Source: Octopus vulgaris (Eukaryota). From it: a stretch of DNA of 64,000 bases. The notes under the pieces are model-generated. The model searched no databases and was not told where the DNA came from. It saw only the letters and a program-made list of their open reading frames with translations. Every line of letters starts with the position of its first letter. Position 1 is the first letter of the stretch. Below, in pieces: positions 1 through 11,841 of the stretch. Location of the stretch: assembly GCA_951406725.2 (NCBI GenBank), contig OX597834.1:3472001-3536000 (forward strand). The letters run 5' to 3'. The position numbers and the translations under genes were made by a program.

Positions 1-292
1 CTAAATAGATAATCTATATTAAAGATCGCGCTCATTTTATTACGACACAAATCGAGGCATTGTTTCGATTTCCTTTACGATATTTCTTGTAATAACAAGA
101 AAAGTAGGTTCGAATCCCACTGCTGTCTGTATTTATTGTGTTGTGTTCTTCATTTACTTCAGTTGGTAATTTTTTTACTATTACACCCGTTGGGTGAGAC
201 GAGTATAATAGCAGAAGTTTTGGTATTTATTTGCTGAATGTAGAAAATCAGTCCCCGACATATTAGAAGGTTTGGAGATGATGTAAAGGTAT

Positions 293-917
293 GGATCTTT
301 TCCTTTTGAACGCCAGTTTTCAACACAATTTCTAGTTAACTAAACACTTTTAAACTTCGTATACTGGTAGAATGTGTCAAAATAAAACATTTTTTCTCTT
401 GGCTTTCTTGAGAAAATTGTAAGTTTAACGTAGTTTAATTTTTCGAATTTTAACCAATCCTATGCCCTCTATTGAGCTAAAATCATTTGCTGCGTCTAAA
501 ACTGAGACAACATCCTGTCACTAACCCTAACCCTAAATTTTAGCCTTTCGTTTTTTTTTCTTAATTGTTAAATTAAAATTATTTTCCATTGCTTTCGTTT
601 TTTTTTTTTAATTGTTATCCTTAAATTAATTTAACAAGTAAGAAAAAAAAAAACAAAAACGAAAGGCTAAAATTTAGGGTTAGTGACAGGATGTTGTCTG
701 TTTTAGACGCAGCAAATGATTTTAGCTCAATAGAGGGCATAGGATTGGTTAAAATTCGAAAAATTAAACTACGTTAAACTTACAAATTACAATTTTCTCA
801 AGAAAGCCAAGAGAAAAAAATGTTTTATTTTGACACATTCTACCAGTATACGAAGTTTAAAAGTGTTTAGTTAACTAGAAATTGTGTTGAAAACGGCCAT
901 TCAAAAGGAAAAGATCC
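293..917. mobile_element. Palindromic foldback/MITE-like element with telomere-like (CCCTAA/TTAGGG) motifs
   Basis: GGATCTTTTCCTTTTGAA at 293 mirrors TTCAAAAGGAAAAGATCC ending 917; near-perfect inverted arms of ~270 bp around an AT-rich centre; ctaaccctaaccctaa near 522. Confidence 0.8.
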
Positions 918-1030
918 AGTATTATATATTAGAAGAAATGAGGTACTCAGAAATCTGGATGGTTTTATATTTACAGATATTTATTAGTATGTTACATGTT
1001 TTTATAAATCATATATCATATATTAGGGTT

Positions 1031-1141
1031 CTTTTCACTTTGACCGGCAGATTTTTAAAATAATTTCTTTGTAACTAAATACTTTTAAACTTCATATACT
1101 GGTAGAATGTGTTACATAAAACATCCGGTCAAAGTGAAAAG
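1031..1141. mobile_element. Short deleted relative of the same MITE family
   Basis: 17-bp inverted ends CTTTTCACTTTGACCGG / CCGGTCAAAGTGAAAAG; interior matches ~330-390 (taactaaa..cttttaaacttc.tatactggtagaatgtgt). Confidence 0.7.
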
Positions 1142-1863
1142 TGCTTTCATCCACTCTAGTGGAGTCTTCAAATTGAATTAACTTTTGCAGGAATTTTGAC
1201 TCTTTTTATAGTATTATTGAGTGTATAGGGGTGGGGAGAGATATAAGATAGTACAAGAGGGTGAGGAATGGGGAGAAAGTGAGAGAGCATGTGTGTGTGT
1301 TTTTGTATCTGAAAAAAGTGTTAAAGAAAAAGAAGGAGAGAAAGAAAAAAAAATTTGCTATCTTTGCAGCTGGTCAGTTTGTCAATAATAAACAATTCTT
1401 AGCTTTTGGTAATGGCAAATTCAGCTGGTCATTCCAAGGGGAGAAAAATGTCACTTTTCAAAAAATTGTCTGGATTTCCTTTTTATAATTGTCTTGTGAG
1501 AGTGTGTGTGTGTGTGTTTTTGTATTACCTCCTCCGCTATCTTATGCAAGTCTTGTAAACCGACTTGGATGGCACTTTGAAGCCGTAGTCCTACCAGTTT
1601 ACCTCCTTCACCCTCATCACTTTCAACACCTTCACGTCTTCCTCCATATTATACAGGATGGCTGCCACCAGTCACACCTCCTCAATCTCCAGTGGTACTC
1701 TGCCAATCCTTACCCTGGCTACTCATTTGCCACAGTAAATCAGCAGAACTCCTTAGCATCACAGTGGAGTGGTTTATTGCTTCTTGTTCACTAGTGAACC
1801 CTACCTCTGCTGTGCCGTATTTCCTCCCTCTCGTGTAAAATGTTGAGGCATTTTACCACCTTT

Positions 1864-2295
1864 ATGGTCTCAAAAATTTGTCCTACGAAGAAAGGCTGAG
1901 GACGCTCGACCTTTATTCTCTTGAAAAACGCCGCCGCCGTGGTGATCTCATTTTCGCCCACAACATCATAAGCGGAAAGTGTAACCTCTCGAAAGAGCTG
2001 TTCTTCACTCCTGCTCCAGAGCATCGGCTGCGGGGTCATTCCGAAAAGCTCTACCTGCGACGATTTCATCTCAATCGAAGGAGAGGAGCTTTCTCCGTCC
2101 GGGTTGCGGATCCGTGGAACAAGCTGCCAGACGAGATGGTGAAGATGCCGACGACCGCTTTGTTCAAAGCCTCCCTGGACCTCAAGTGGCCTGAACTCTT
2201 TACATGAACACCACCCTGTACTTAACTCCATGTCCCCCTACATGGCCTTGCTATTTGCTTTTGAGCCAAATTAACTAACTAACTAACTAACTAAC
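1864..2295 (+). mobile_element. CR1-group LINE, 3' fragment with (AACT)n tail
   Basis: SYEERLRTLDLYSLEKRRRRGDLI..LRGH..WNKLP is the CR1/L2 ORF2 C-terminus; nearly identical to ~7592-8012. Confidence 0.9.
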
Positions 2296-2437
2296 TTCTA
2301 TAGCCTCTACTGTGGCTATTTCAACTTTTGCGATGTCATAGACAGTGTTCTATACACCACCGTCTGCTTCATCACACTCACTGTTAAATTTTCTGGTGGT
2401 GTCAACTTCAAACTGGTTCCATCTTTCTCTATGAGTC

Positions 2438-2500
2438 TTAAATCATTAAAAATGTTTTAGCCCGAAGGCTGCGGCCATGCTGGGGCACCATGAACTCCTT
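2438..2500 (-). mobile_element. 3' tail fragment of the LINE family seen at 54950-57280
   Basis: Reverse complement ggtgccccagcatggccgcagccttcgggctaaaacattttta matches ~57231-57272. Confidence 0.7.
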
Positions 2501-2604
2501 CAATTTCCTCTGCTCCATCTTTATCTCTTGTACCTGCAACATGTCCGCTGTCAAACTTCTGCTAGTTGGAACTGGTTCACACTCCTTCGCCCTCTGCTTC
2601 TTGT

Positions 2605-3512
2605 CTCTGTACCTGGATTTCGTTGACATGGAGAAAGCCTTTGGCAGGGTCCCCTGATCCCTTATCTGGTGGTCAATAAGGAAACTAGGGATAGATGAAT
2701 AGTTAGTGAGAGCTGTGCAAGCCATGTATAGGGGCACTGTAAGGTGACGGTTGGCAACAAGTACACTGAAGAATTCAGGGTAGAGGTAGGGGTCCACCAA
2801 GGTTCAGTCCTTAGCCCCCTCCTATTTATCATAGTCCTCCAGGCAATAACAAAGGAATTCAAGACAGGATGCCCCTGGGAGCTCCTCTATGCTGATGACC
2901 TTGCTCTGATTGCTGAGTCACTATCAGAACTAGAGAAGTTTCAGGTGTGGAAACAAGGATTAGAATCGAAGAGCCTTAGAGTCAACCTAGCTAAAACCAA
3001 AGTCCTAATAAGTAGGAAGGCAGGCAAATCACAAATTCCTTCAGGTAGATGGCCCTGCTCGATCTGCAGAAAAGGTGTAGGTAGAAACTCTATAAGATGT
3101 ATCCAGTGTAAGCTATGGATACATAAGAGGTGCAGCAATATCAAAGGAAGGCTACCTGGGAAGATAGTTTTTATATGTGGCAGGTGCTTTGGAGCAATAA
3201 ACACTGAAAATGTGCAGAAAACAGCTTCTGCCACATACCAGGGAGAAAGACTAGAAGTAGTTGATAGCTTCCATTACCTAGGTACCAAGTCAGTAGTGGG
3301 GGAGGGTGCTCTGAAAGTGTAGCTGCTAGAATAAGAATAGCCTGGGAAAAGTTCAGAGAGCTCTTACCTCTGCTGGTGACAAAGGGCCTCTTGCTCAGAG
3401 TGAAACGTAAATTGTAAGACACGTGTATGAACAGCCATGCTACATGGCAGTGAAACATGGGCCGTGACTGCTGAGGACATGCGTAAGCTCGCAAGGAATG
3501 AAGCCAGTACGC
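2605..3512 (+). mobile_element. RTE-clade LINE fragment (RT domain with embedded PHD finger), disrupted
   Basis: GVHQGSVLSPLLF, LLYADDLAL, NLAKTKVL, a C4HC3 finger and LEVVDSFHYLG; stops and frameshifts. Confidence 0.9.
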
Positions 3513-3534
3513 TCTGGCTTCACTCCATTCCAGA

Positions 3535-4802
3535 ATCATCATCATTTAGCGTCTGCTTTCCATGCTAGCATGGGTTGGACGGTTCAACTGGGGTCTGGGA
3601 AGCCAGAAGGCTGCACCAGGCCTAGTCTGATTTGGCAATGTTTCTACGGCTGGATGCCCTTCCTAACGCCAACCACTCCGTGAGTGTAGTGGGTGCTTTT
3701 TACGTGCCAGACAGGACTGGCAAATAGCCACGGTCGGAAGGTGCTTTTTACGTGCCACCGGCATGGGGGCCAAGCGAGGCTGGCAACAACCAAGATCGGA
3801 TGGTGCTTTTTACGTGCCACTGGCACGGAGGCCAGTCAGGGCGGCGCTGGCAACAGCCACGATCGGATGGTTCGCTTACGTGTGACCGGCGCTGGTATCA
3901 CAGCTGCAATTTCATTGATGTTGATCGACTTCGATTTTGGTTCTGATTTCCACTTGCCTCAACAGGTCTTCACAAGTAGAGTTTTGTGTCCCAAGAAGGA
4001 AAGGTAAGTCGACTGGCTACATCCCAGGTAGAGGCCATGGGTTATGGTCTCACTTATCCTGCAGGGTCTTCTCACGCACAGCATTCCTCCATAGGTCTCG
4101 GCCTCTAGTCATTTCCTTGGTGAGACCTAAAGTTCGAAGGTCGTGCTTCACCTCCTTGTCCCAGGTTTTCCTGGGTCTACCTCTTCCACAGGTTCCCTCA
4201 ACCGCTAGGGTGTGGCACTTTTTCTCACAACTATCTTCACCCATTCTCGTCACATGACCATACCAGCGCAAACGTCTCTCTTGCACACCACAACTGATGC
4301 TTCTTAGGTCCAACTTTTCTCTCAAGGTACTTACACTCTGTCGAGTATGAACGCTGACATTACACATCCATTGGAGCATACTGGCTTCATTTCTTGCGAG
4401 CTTACGCATATCCTCAGCAGTCACGGCCCAGGTTTCACTACCATGTAGCATGGCTGTTCGTACACATGCATCATACAGTCTGCCTTTTATTCTGAGCGAG
4501 AGGCCTTTTGTCACCAGCAGAGGTAAGAGCTCTCTGAACTTTGCCCAGGCTATTCTTATTCTAGCAGTTACACTTTCAGCCCCCCCCCCTACTGACTTGG
4601 TCACCTAGGTAGCGGAAGCTATCAACTACATCTAGTTTTTCTCCCTGGAATGTGGTAGAAGTTGGTCTCTGCACATTTTCAGTGTTTATTGCTCCTGAGC
4701 ATCTGCCACAAACAAGGACTATTTTCCTAGTTAGCCTTCCTTTGACATTGCTGCACCTCTTATGTGTCCATAGCTTACACTTGGTGCATCTTATAGAGTT
4801 TC
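3535..4802 (-). mobile_element. RTE-clade LINE 3' part with 3' UTR and (GAT)n tail
   Basis: ORF 4050-4604 (MLHGSETW..RRLRWYGHV..GRGRPRKTW) is the RTE C-terminus; UTR has ~55-bp subrepeats (ggtgctttttacgtgcc); tail reads catcatcat on +. Confidence 0.9.
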
Positions 4803-4876
4803 TAAAAAACGAAAAATTTTATCATATGCACAATGGTGTTCTGGAAGAAGTTTAGGTTCATGTTCATTCACAAATG

Positions 4877-7800
4877 GGTTTTCGCGAGGAATACTCACTA
4901 AGAGAGAGAATTCGCCGGAGGAACCTGATATCCGAGCTAAAGATGAGGAAACAAATGGGAGAGAAGGGTTTACGAATCCAAGATGGACAGATAATCAAGT
5001 CCTACCTCTGGTCCCATGCTGTAGTGCTGACAGGGAAAGTGATGTGAGGGCAAATCGAAGTGAAGTTGATACCCCCATCAACGATGCTATCTCTGATGCC
5101 CTTTATTCTGCTTGTTCCCCAACTCCCGCCCCTCAGACTTCACAGCTCAGCATCGTCTATACCAACTCGTGCTCCTTATTCCCAAAGTTCAGTGAACTAT
5201 TTACACTGGCCCTACGCGACTCCCCTGATGTGATAGCTATCACCGAGACTTGGCTGACTCCAGCAGTAAAGGACTCAGAGATCCACCTGCAGGGCTACGT
5301 CCTTTTCAGATGTGACAGAGGAAAAAGGCGAGGTGGAGGTGTTGCTGTGTATGTTAAGTCTGAGCACAAACCGTCCTGCGGTATTCTACCCACAAATGCT
5401 CAACCTACAACCAAATTCGATGCCGTCTATTGCAAGCTGAGCCTATCTGAGTTTTTGCCTGCCCGTGTTGGCTGTCTACAGGCCGCCTCTAGCCGACCCC
5501 CAGGATGATGCTCATCTACTCGAAGCAATAAGATTCGTTTCAGCTTCGCATGACTGCTTGGTACTAGGCGACTTCAACGCTCCCACGATCGATTGGCCCG
5601 CATCAATTTGTACAACAACTTCCCGGTTCGGCCAAGCCCTTCTTGACGTGGCTGAAGATTGTTTTCTATCGCAACATGTTGAATATCCGACAAGGCATCG
5701 GTCTGGGCAGCAGCCATCTATGCTAGATCTGGTATTCTCCCGCTATCCAAGATCAGTGTCAGACGTATCTGTGTGCGCCCCTCTTGCCAAGAGTGATCAT
5801 GTGGTCCTGAAGTTCGTCATGCACACAACTTTTTCCACGCCCACGATTACTTCGCTGCCACGTAGAGTCTTCTCTGCAATTAATCTTGAAATTCTAACCG
5901 AGGCTTCCGCACTTCTGGACTGGCGTTCCCTGATGACGTTGTCCTCAGTTGACGAACTATGGTCATCCCTCAAAGTATATGTAATCTGTTTGACTGACCA
6001 GGCAGTTCCCGTTGGACTTCCCAAGAGGAAGAAACACAAGCCCTGGGTGACGAAGAAGGTTAAACGAGAACGTCGACTCAAGGATATTGCTTGGGCTGAA
6101 TTCAAAAATCTGGATTCGACTGCAGCTTTTGAGGTGTACAAAACTCAACGAGACCGAGCCGTGAAAATTGAAAAGAAAGAACGCTTCAGTTATGAATACA
6201 AAATCGCGGCAAATGCCAGTAGCAATCCAAAAACCTTCTTTGCCCATGTCCAGCGGAATTCCCGCTTGAACAACCAGATTGCAACGTTGGTAGACTCAAC
6301 AGGCGTTATCGATTGAGGACCCTTATCAACAGAGTCAATTATTTGCCGAGGCTTTTTCAACTATTTTCAAACAAGATGATGGTCATGAACCCCCTCCATT
6401 TGATAGATCGGTACCTCTAATGCTTCGATTGATCATCACGCAGGACCAAGTCAAACGTGTTATTCAAGGCCTCGATGTCAACAAGGGTCACGGCCCTGAC
6501 GGCATACACCCACGGGTTATCAAAGCGTTGGCTCCGGTCATCTGCGAGCCCTTAACACGACTATTCAATATGTCATTGGCGACAGGTGTTATACCTGCAG
6601 ACTGGAGAACAGCGATAATCTGCCCAATTTTCAAGAAAGGGAGCCGCGAAGACCCGCTTAACTACCGACCGGTTTCCCTTACATCAATAATCAGCAAGAT
6701 GTTCAAAACCATCCTTAAGAAAAGTATGATGCTCCACCTCCTAAACACAGCCTCGATCACTGATTCCCAACATGGCTTCGTGCCGAAGAGATCATGCTTG
6801 ACCAACTTACTAGTAATGGAAGAATTGGTGACGCGCATCCTCGATGATAGTGATGCTGTTGACATCGTTTTATTGGACTTTGCCAAAGCTTTTGACTCGG
6901 TAAACCACCGCCTACTACTTGTCAAGCTCCAAGCATATAGTTTCCATCCGGATATTGTACGATGGGTTGGTGCCTTCCTCTCAGATCGCTCCTTCCAAGT
7001 TCAAGTTAATGGTTCGCGGTCCAACGTCTCCAGTGCGAGCAGTGGCGTGCCTCAAGGTTCAGTGCTTGGGCCCTTGTTGTTCTTAGTCTTCATAAATGAC
7101 TTGCCCGACGACCTCACGCAACACACCCTTCTATTTGCCGACGATATCAAACTGGTCGCTCCTCGCGGTAGTATAGAGGATCTTCGTCGATGCCTCCACC
7201 AAATTTGGAAGTGGTCTAACGATTGGGACCTGTGTCTGAACGTGTCAAAGTGCTGTCATCTGCCTGTCGGCTCTACTCCTGCAACTCAACTTGATTTCGA
7301 GCCGGGTCGTCTGCTGCTGGAGAGGACCGATCAGGTAAAGGACCTGGGTATCTTGGTGGATTCCTCCTTTTTCGCCTTTGGCCCAGTGCGTCCATGCTGC
7401 CAACAAAGCGCGCGGAATTCTGTTTTTGATTCGACGGTCATTCGGAATGCTCACAGCAGCCATATTCCTGCCACTCTATGTCACGCTGGTGAGACCCATA
7501 TTGGAGTATGGGATTCAAGCCTCTTCTCCTTATCTCCTCAAAGACATACAGCACCTCGAAAGAGTCCAGAGGCTGGCTACCCGCATGGTTCATGGTCTCA
7601 AAAATTTGTCCTACGAAGAAAGGCTGAGGACGCTCGACCTTTGTTCTCTTGAAAAACGCCGCCGCCGTGGTGATCTCATTCTCGCCCACAACATCATAAG
7701 CGGGAAGTGTAACCTCTCGAAAGAGCTGTTCTTCACTCCTGCTCCGGAGCGTCGGCTGCGGGGTCATTCCAAAAGCTCTACCTGCGACGATTTCATCTCA

Positions 7801-8012
7801 ATCGAAGGAGAGGAGCTTTCTCCGTCTGGGTTGCGGATCCGTGGAACAAGCTGCCAGACGAGATGGTGAAGATGCCGACGACCGCTTTGTTCAAAGCCTC
7901 CCTGGACCTCAAGTGGCCTGAACTCTTTACATGAACACCACCCTGTACTTAACTCCATGTCCCCCTACATGGCCTTGCTATTTGCTTTTGAGCCAAATTA
8001 ACTAACTAACTA
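4877..8012 (+). mobile_element. CR1-group LINE: probable ORF1 end plus near-complete, disrupted ORF2 (APE + RT), 7-bp TSD
   Basis: APE motifs (IAITETWL, GGGVAVYV, GDFN, SDH); RT motifs (YRPVSLTS, QHGF, LDFAKAFD, GVPQGSVLGP, FADD); (AACT)n tail; ACAAATG at 4870-4876 and 8013-8019; frameshifts near 5465, 7370 and 7770, stop at 6316. Confidence 0.95.
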
Positions 8013-8980
8013 ACAAATGCAACCAACTCTGTAATGTCATAATTTGTCTCCCTTGCTATGTCACTAATTTGACAGTTTCTTTTTAGCAGTCCAGAGCCAG
8101 ACTCTTGCAAGATTTTGCCTCCCACAGCCAAAACCTGATCCTCAATTTCAACAGTGCTTAGTTAAAAAGTATTTCAGAGAACTGAATATTGATATCTGGG
8201 TTTGCCTGTTGAATTGCATACTTTAAGTCCTCAGCCATCTCCTCACGATATTTCATTCAAAGCTGTAGGGGACTGCCAAGTTGACACACGTTCAGTATAA
8301 TTGCTAAAAGGTTTCCGAGTTTCCTTGGAGAATCTGATACTGATGCTTCAGTCAATGCAAGGTCCCATTGCTCATCATTTTCTAAATAAAAAAACCTTGT
8401 TGATGGCATGCTTCCCTATAACTTTCACACACGCGACCATTTACCCTCCTTGAATCTTGGAATGATTTGGGACCACATACTTCATGCAAAAGGAGCCGTA
8501 AGTAGTAGCATTCTGCTTGGCTCTTGCAAGAGCATCAGCCCCACATTTCCTCTTGTGCCTTTTATTGTTTCTCCAGGTGTAATACTTGAGTAATTGTGGG
8601 CAAAGGAGTTTTCTTGCATCTTCATCTTCTTGACACAACTTAAAAAATGACAGTAAGGGTAGTTTCTTTTGGTGAAGGTGCTCGTTGCAAGGTTGTTTGT
8701 TTTGTAAAGATAACCCTGTGGCCATTCTTTAGATGGACTCTCAGATGAATGATGGCTGGGTGCCTCTCATGAATGGGAAAATCGAAGATGCGCCAAAAAG
8801 GCCTCATTGATATCTTCCTCTGTCATACTGCACAAGATTGTATGTTGCAGCATCTAAACCTTTGTTTATATATTTGCAAACATTAACTCAGGCTACCTGT
8901 ACTCGTCTTCGCTTCCCTGTAGAATACTGATCATCTACATTTACCTCGACTCCTCTTGTAAAATGTGAGAAAAATGTCCT
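8013..8980 (-). mobile_element. Helitron RepHel remnant, continuing at 4803-4876 across the CR1 insertion
   Basis: Minus-strand frames give WRIFDFPIHERHP, FFKLCQEDEDARKLL..KYYTW and WDLALTEAS, similar to the RepHel at 41330-41700; the frame resumes as EPKLLPEH..AYDKI at ~4810-4870. Confidence 0.8.
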
Positions 8981-9462
8981 AGGAAACTTTTTCGAAAATT
9001 AAAATGGGGATTAAATGAAAAATGAGTTCCGTGAATATCTTCACAAGAGTGATTGAAATAAATGGCAATTGTGGAACGCACTCACGCACACAGTATCAAA
9101 CATCAGATGAAATGGATATGTGTGTGTGTGAGAGAGAGAAAGAGAATGTCACTTAGACATTTCCCTTTTTCATACGCACACATACATACAAAACAGACGA
9201 ATACATATGTATTTATGTATGTACGTATACATGACAACACACCCCTTCACTGACTGACTGACTCTCTCTCTCTCACAAACACACATTCATAAATGTATAC
9301 AAACATACAAAAACACACGTGTGCGTGTGTGACAGAGGTGGAGAGCGAGAAGCTTGCAAACAACGAATGGAAAACATTCAATGAAAAAATCGTATAAATA
9401 AAAGCTTTTGTACCGTATATTTAAATTTATGAACTTAGTCAATATTTCTTTCAGTAATTTAT

Positions 9463-9648
9463 ATTTCTTTACAAGGACAGACAAATGGATTGAATCGATT
9501 ACATCGACCCCAGTGCATACCTGGTACTTAATTTATCGACCCCGAAAGGATGAAAGGCAAAGTCGACCTCAGCGGAATTTGAACTCACAACGTAACGACA
9601 AACGAAATACCGCTAAGCATTTCGCCCCGCGTGCTAACCACTCTGCCA
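9463..9648 (-). mobile_element. tRNA-derived SINE (family also at ~13745-13895 and ~33983-34350 on +, and 49921-50878 on -)
   Basis: Shared body cccagtgc..ctggtacttaatttatcgaccccgaaaggatgaaaggcaaagtcgacctc; B-box-like GAGTTCAAATTCC on the sense strand. Confidence 0.8.
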
Positions 9649-9937
9649 TTATGTATTTATCGTAGTTTTTTTGCAAATGAATTAAAACTTGAAATAAAAT
9701 CATCAAAATAGAGATTAAGAAACTTTACAAATGAAAACAGAAAATTTTGCTGTTGCTACGTCAATACCGGAAGTTGACACTGAGAAACCACTTTAAAGAA
9801 GCGAATCACATATAAAGCAATGTTATTTATTTTTACTAAAAAAAACCAACTGAAGACCCTAAAATATATCCGAGGTCAAATCATTCATTCATTCCAAGAA
9901 TGGACGCAATTCGTGCAGCCCTTTTCGCGTGAAAAGC

Positions 9938-10524
9938 GAATATACACAGGACTATGCAAAAATAAAAACCGAGTATGTGTGTGTGTGTACTGGAAAGGCA
10001 GAGATAGAACATACTGTAAAAACTAAACTACTAGAGGCGAAAGATCGCCACTGGGCAATCTTTCGTCTCTAATAGACCTTTCCGTCGATTTCCGTAAATT
10101 TTTTTTTTTTACATATGGGCTTGCGGGAACTTTTGAATTAATGAGAGCGAAAGAGACTAAGAGAAAGCGATTTTATGACGAGGGAAGTTCTTTTGAAGTT
10201 ACCGTCCAGGGGAAGCATTGATGTACATGTGCGAGTGTGTATGTGTGTTTGATGGGGTGTGGGAGACAGACAGTATGTTGTGTAAGTGAAGTGCTTCTGT
10301 TAGTGTGTGTGAAGAGACAGAGTAATGTGTGAAAGAAAGAGATAACTGAAATTTTTTACTCGGTGTATGTGTATATGTATGTATATTACTTCAAAAGTTC
10401 CCGCAAGCCCATATGTAAAAGAATATACACAGGTCTATGCAAAAATAAAAACCGAGTATGTGTGTGTGTGTACTGGAAAGGCAGAGATAGAACATACTGT
10501 AAAAACTAAACTACTAGAGGCGAA
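9938..10524. repeat. Composite repeat: ~104-bp direct repeats enclosing a hairpin and a 31-bp inverted repeat
   Basis: 9938-10041 recurs at 10421-10524; perfect IR 10107-10137 / 10390-10420; hairpin ctactagaggcgaaagat..atctttcgtctctaatag at ~10028-10075. Confidence 0.8.
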
Positions 10525-10526
10525 TG

Positions 10527-11827
10527 AAGACTTTAGCTGAGGCTGCCTGTTGCAGTCAACTATGTCCGTGTGTTGCTAATAGAAGCTGGCTTCAGTCGCC
10601 GCGCCACTCTGCTACTAATAGCGCAGGTTCCCCCAAGACTTTAGCCGAGGCTGCCTGTTGCAGTCAGCTATGTCCGTGTGTTGCTAATAGAAGCTGGCTT
10701 CAGTCGCCGCGCCACTCTGCTACTAATAGCGCAGGTTCCCCCAAGACTTTAGCTGAGGCTGCCTGTTGCAGTCAGCTATGTCCGTGTGTTGCTAATAGAA
10801 GCTGGCTTCAGTCGCCGCGCCACTCTGCTACTAATAGCGCAGGTTCCCCCAAGACTTTAGCTGAGGCTGCCTGTTGCAGTCAGCTATGTCCGTGTGTTGC
10901 TAATAGAAGCTGGCTTCAGTCGCCGCGCCACTCTGCTACTAATAGCGCAGGTTCCCCCAAGACTTTAGCTGAGGCTGCCTGTTGCAGTCAGCTATGTCCG
11001 TGTGTTGCTAATAGAAGCTGGCTTCAGTCGCCGCGCCACTCTGCTACTAATAGCGCAGGTTCCCCCAAGACTTTAGCTGAGGCTGCCTGTTGCAGTCAGC
11101 TATGTCCGTGTGTTGCTAATTGAAGCTGGCTTCAGTCGCCGCGCCACTCTGCTACTAATAGCGCAGGTTCCCCCAAGACTTTAGCTGAGGCTGCCTGTTG
11201 CAGTCAGCTATGTCCGTGTGTTGCTAATAGAAGCTGGCTTCAGTCGCCGCGCCACTCTGCTACTAATAGCGCAGGTTCCCCCAAGACTTTAGCTGAGGCT
11301 GCCTGTTGCAGTCAGCTATGTCCGTGTGTTGCTAATAGAAGCTGGCTTCAGTCGCCGCGCCACTCTGCTACTAATAGCGCAGGTTCCCCCAAGACTTTAG
11401 CCGAGGCTGCCTGTTGCAGTCGACTATGTCCGTGTGTTGCTAATAGAAGCTGGCTTCAGTCGCCGCGCCACTCTGCTACTAATAGCGCAGGTTCCCCCAA
11501 GACTTTAGCTGAGGCTGCCTGTTGCAGTCAGCTATGTCCGTGTGTTGCTAATAGAAGCTGGCTTCAGTCGCCGCGCCACTCTGCTACTAATAGCGCAGGT
11601 TCCCCCAAGACTTTAGCCGAGGCTGCCTGTTGCAGTCAGCTATGTCCGTGTGTTGCTAATTGAAGCTGGCTTCAGTCGCCGCGTCACTCTGCTACTAATA
11701 GCGCAGGTTCCCCCAAGACTTTAGCCGAGGCTGCCTGTTGCAGTCAGCTATGTCCGTGTGTTGCTAATTGAAGCTGGCTTCAGTCGCCGCGCCACTCTGC
11801 TACTAATAGCGCAGGTTCCCCCCCTAG
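10527..11827 (+). repeat. Tandem array, 12 x 108 bp, ending in hairpin + CTAG
   Basis: Units start at 10527 and every 108 bp to 11715 with few substitutions; the last unit ends gcgcaggttccccccctag|t. Confidence 0.95.
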
Positions 11828-11841
11828 TTTTGTGACCAAAG

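Noticed and set aside
100-128. B-box-like ggttcgaatcccac
   Set aside because: No A box or cloverleaf; at most a decayed SINE head.
10524-11123. 199-aa Cys-rich repeat ORF, or a CRISPR-like array
   Set aside because: By-product of a 108-bp (3n) unit; stops arise in units 6, 11 and 12; there are no unique spacers and the context is eukaryotic.
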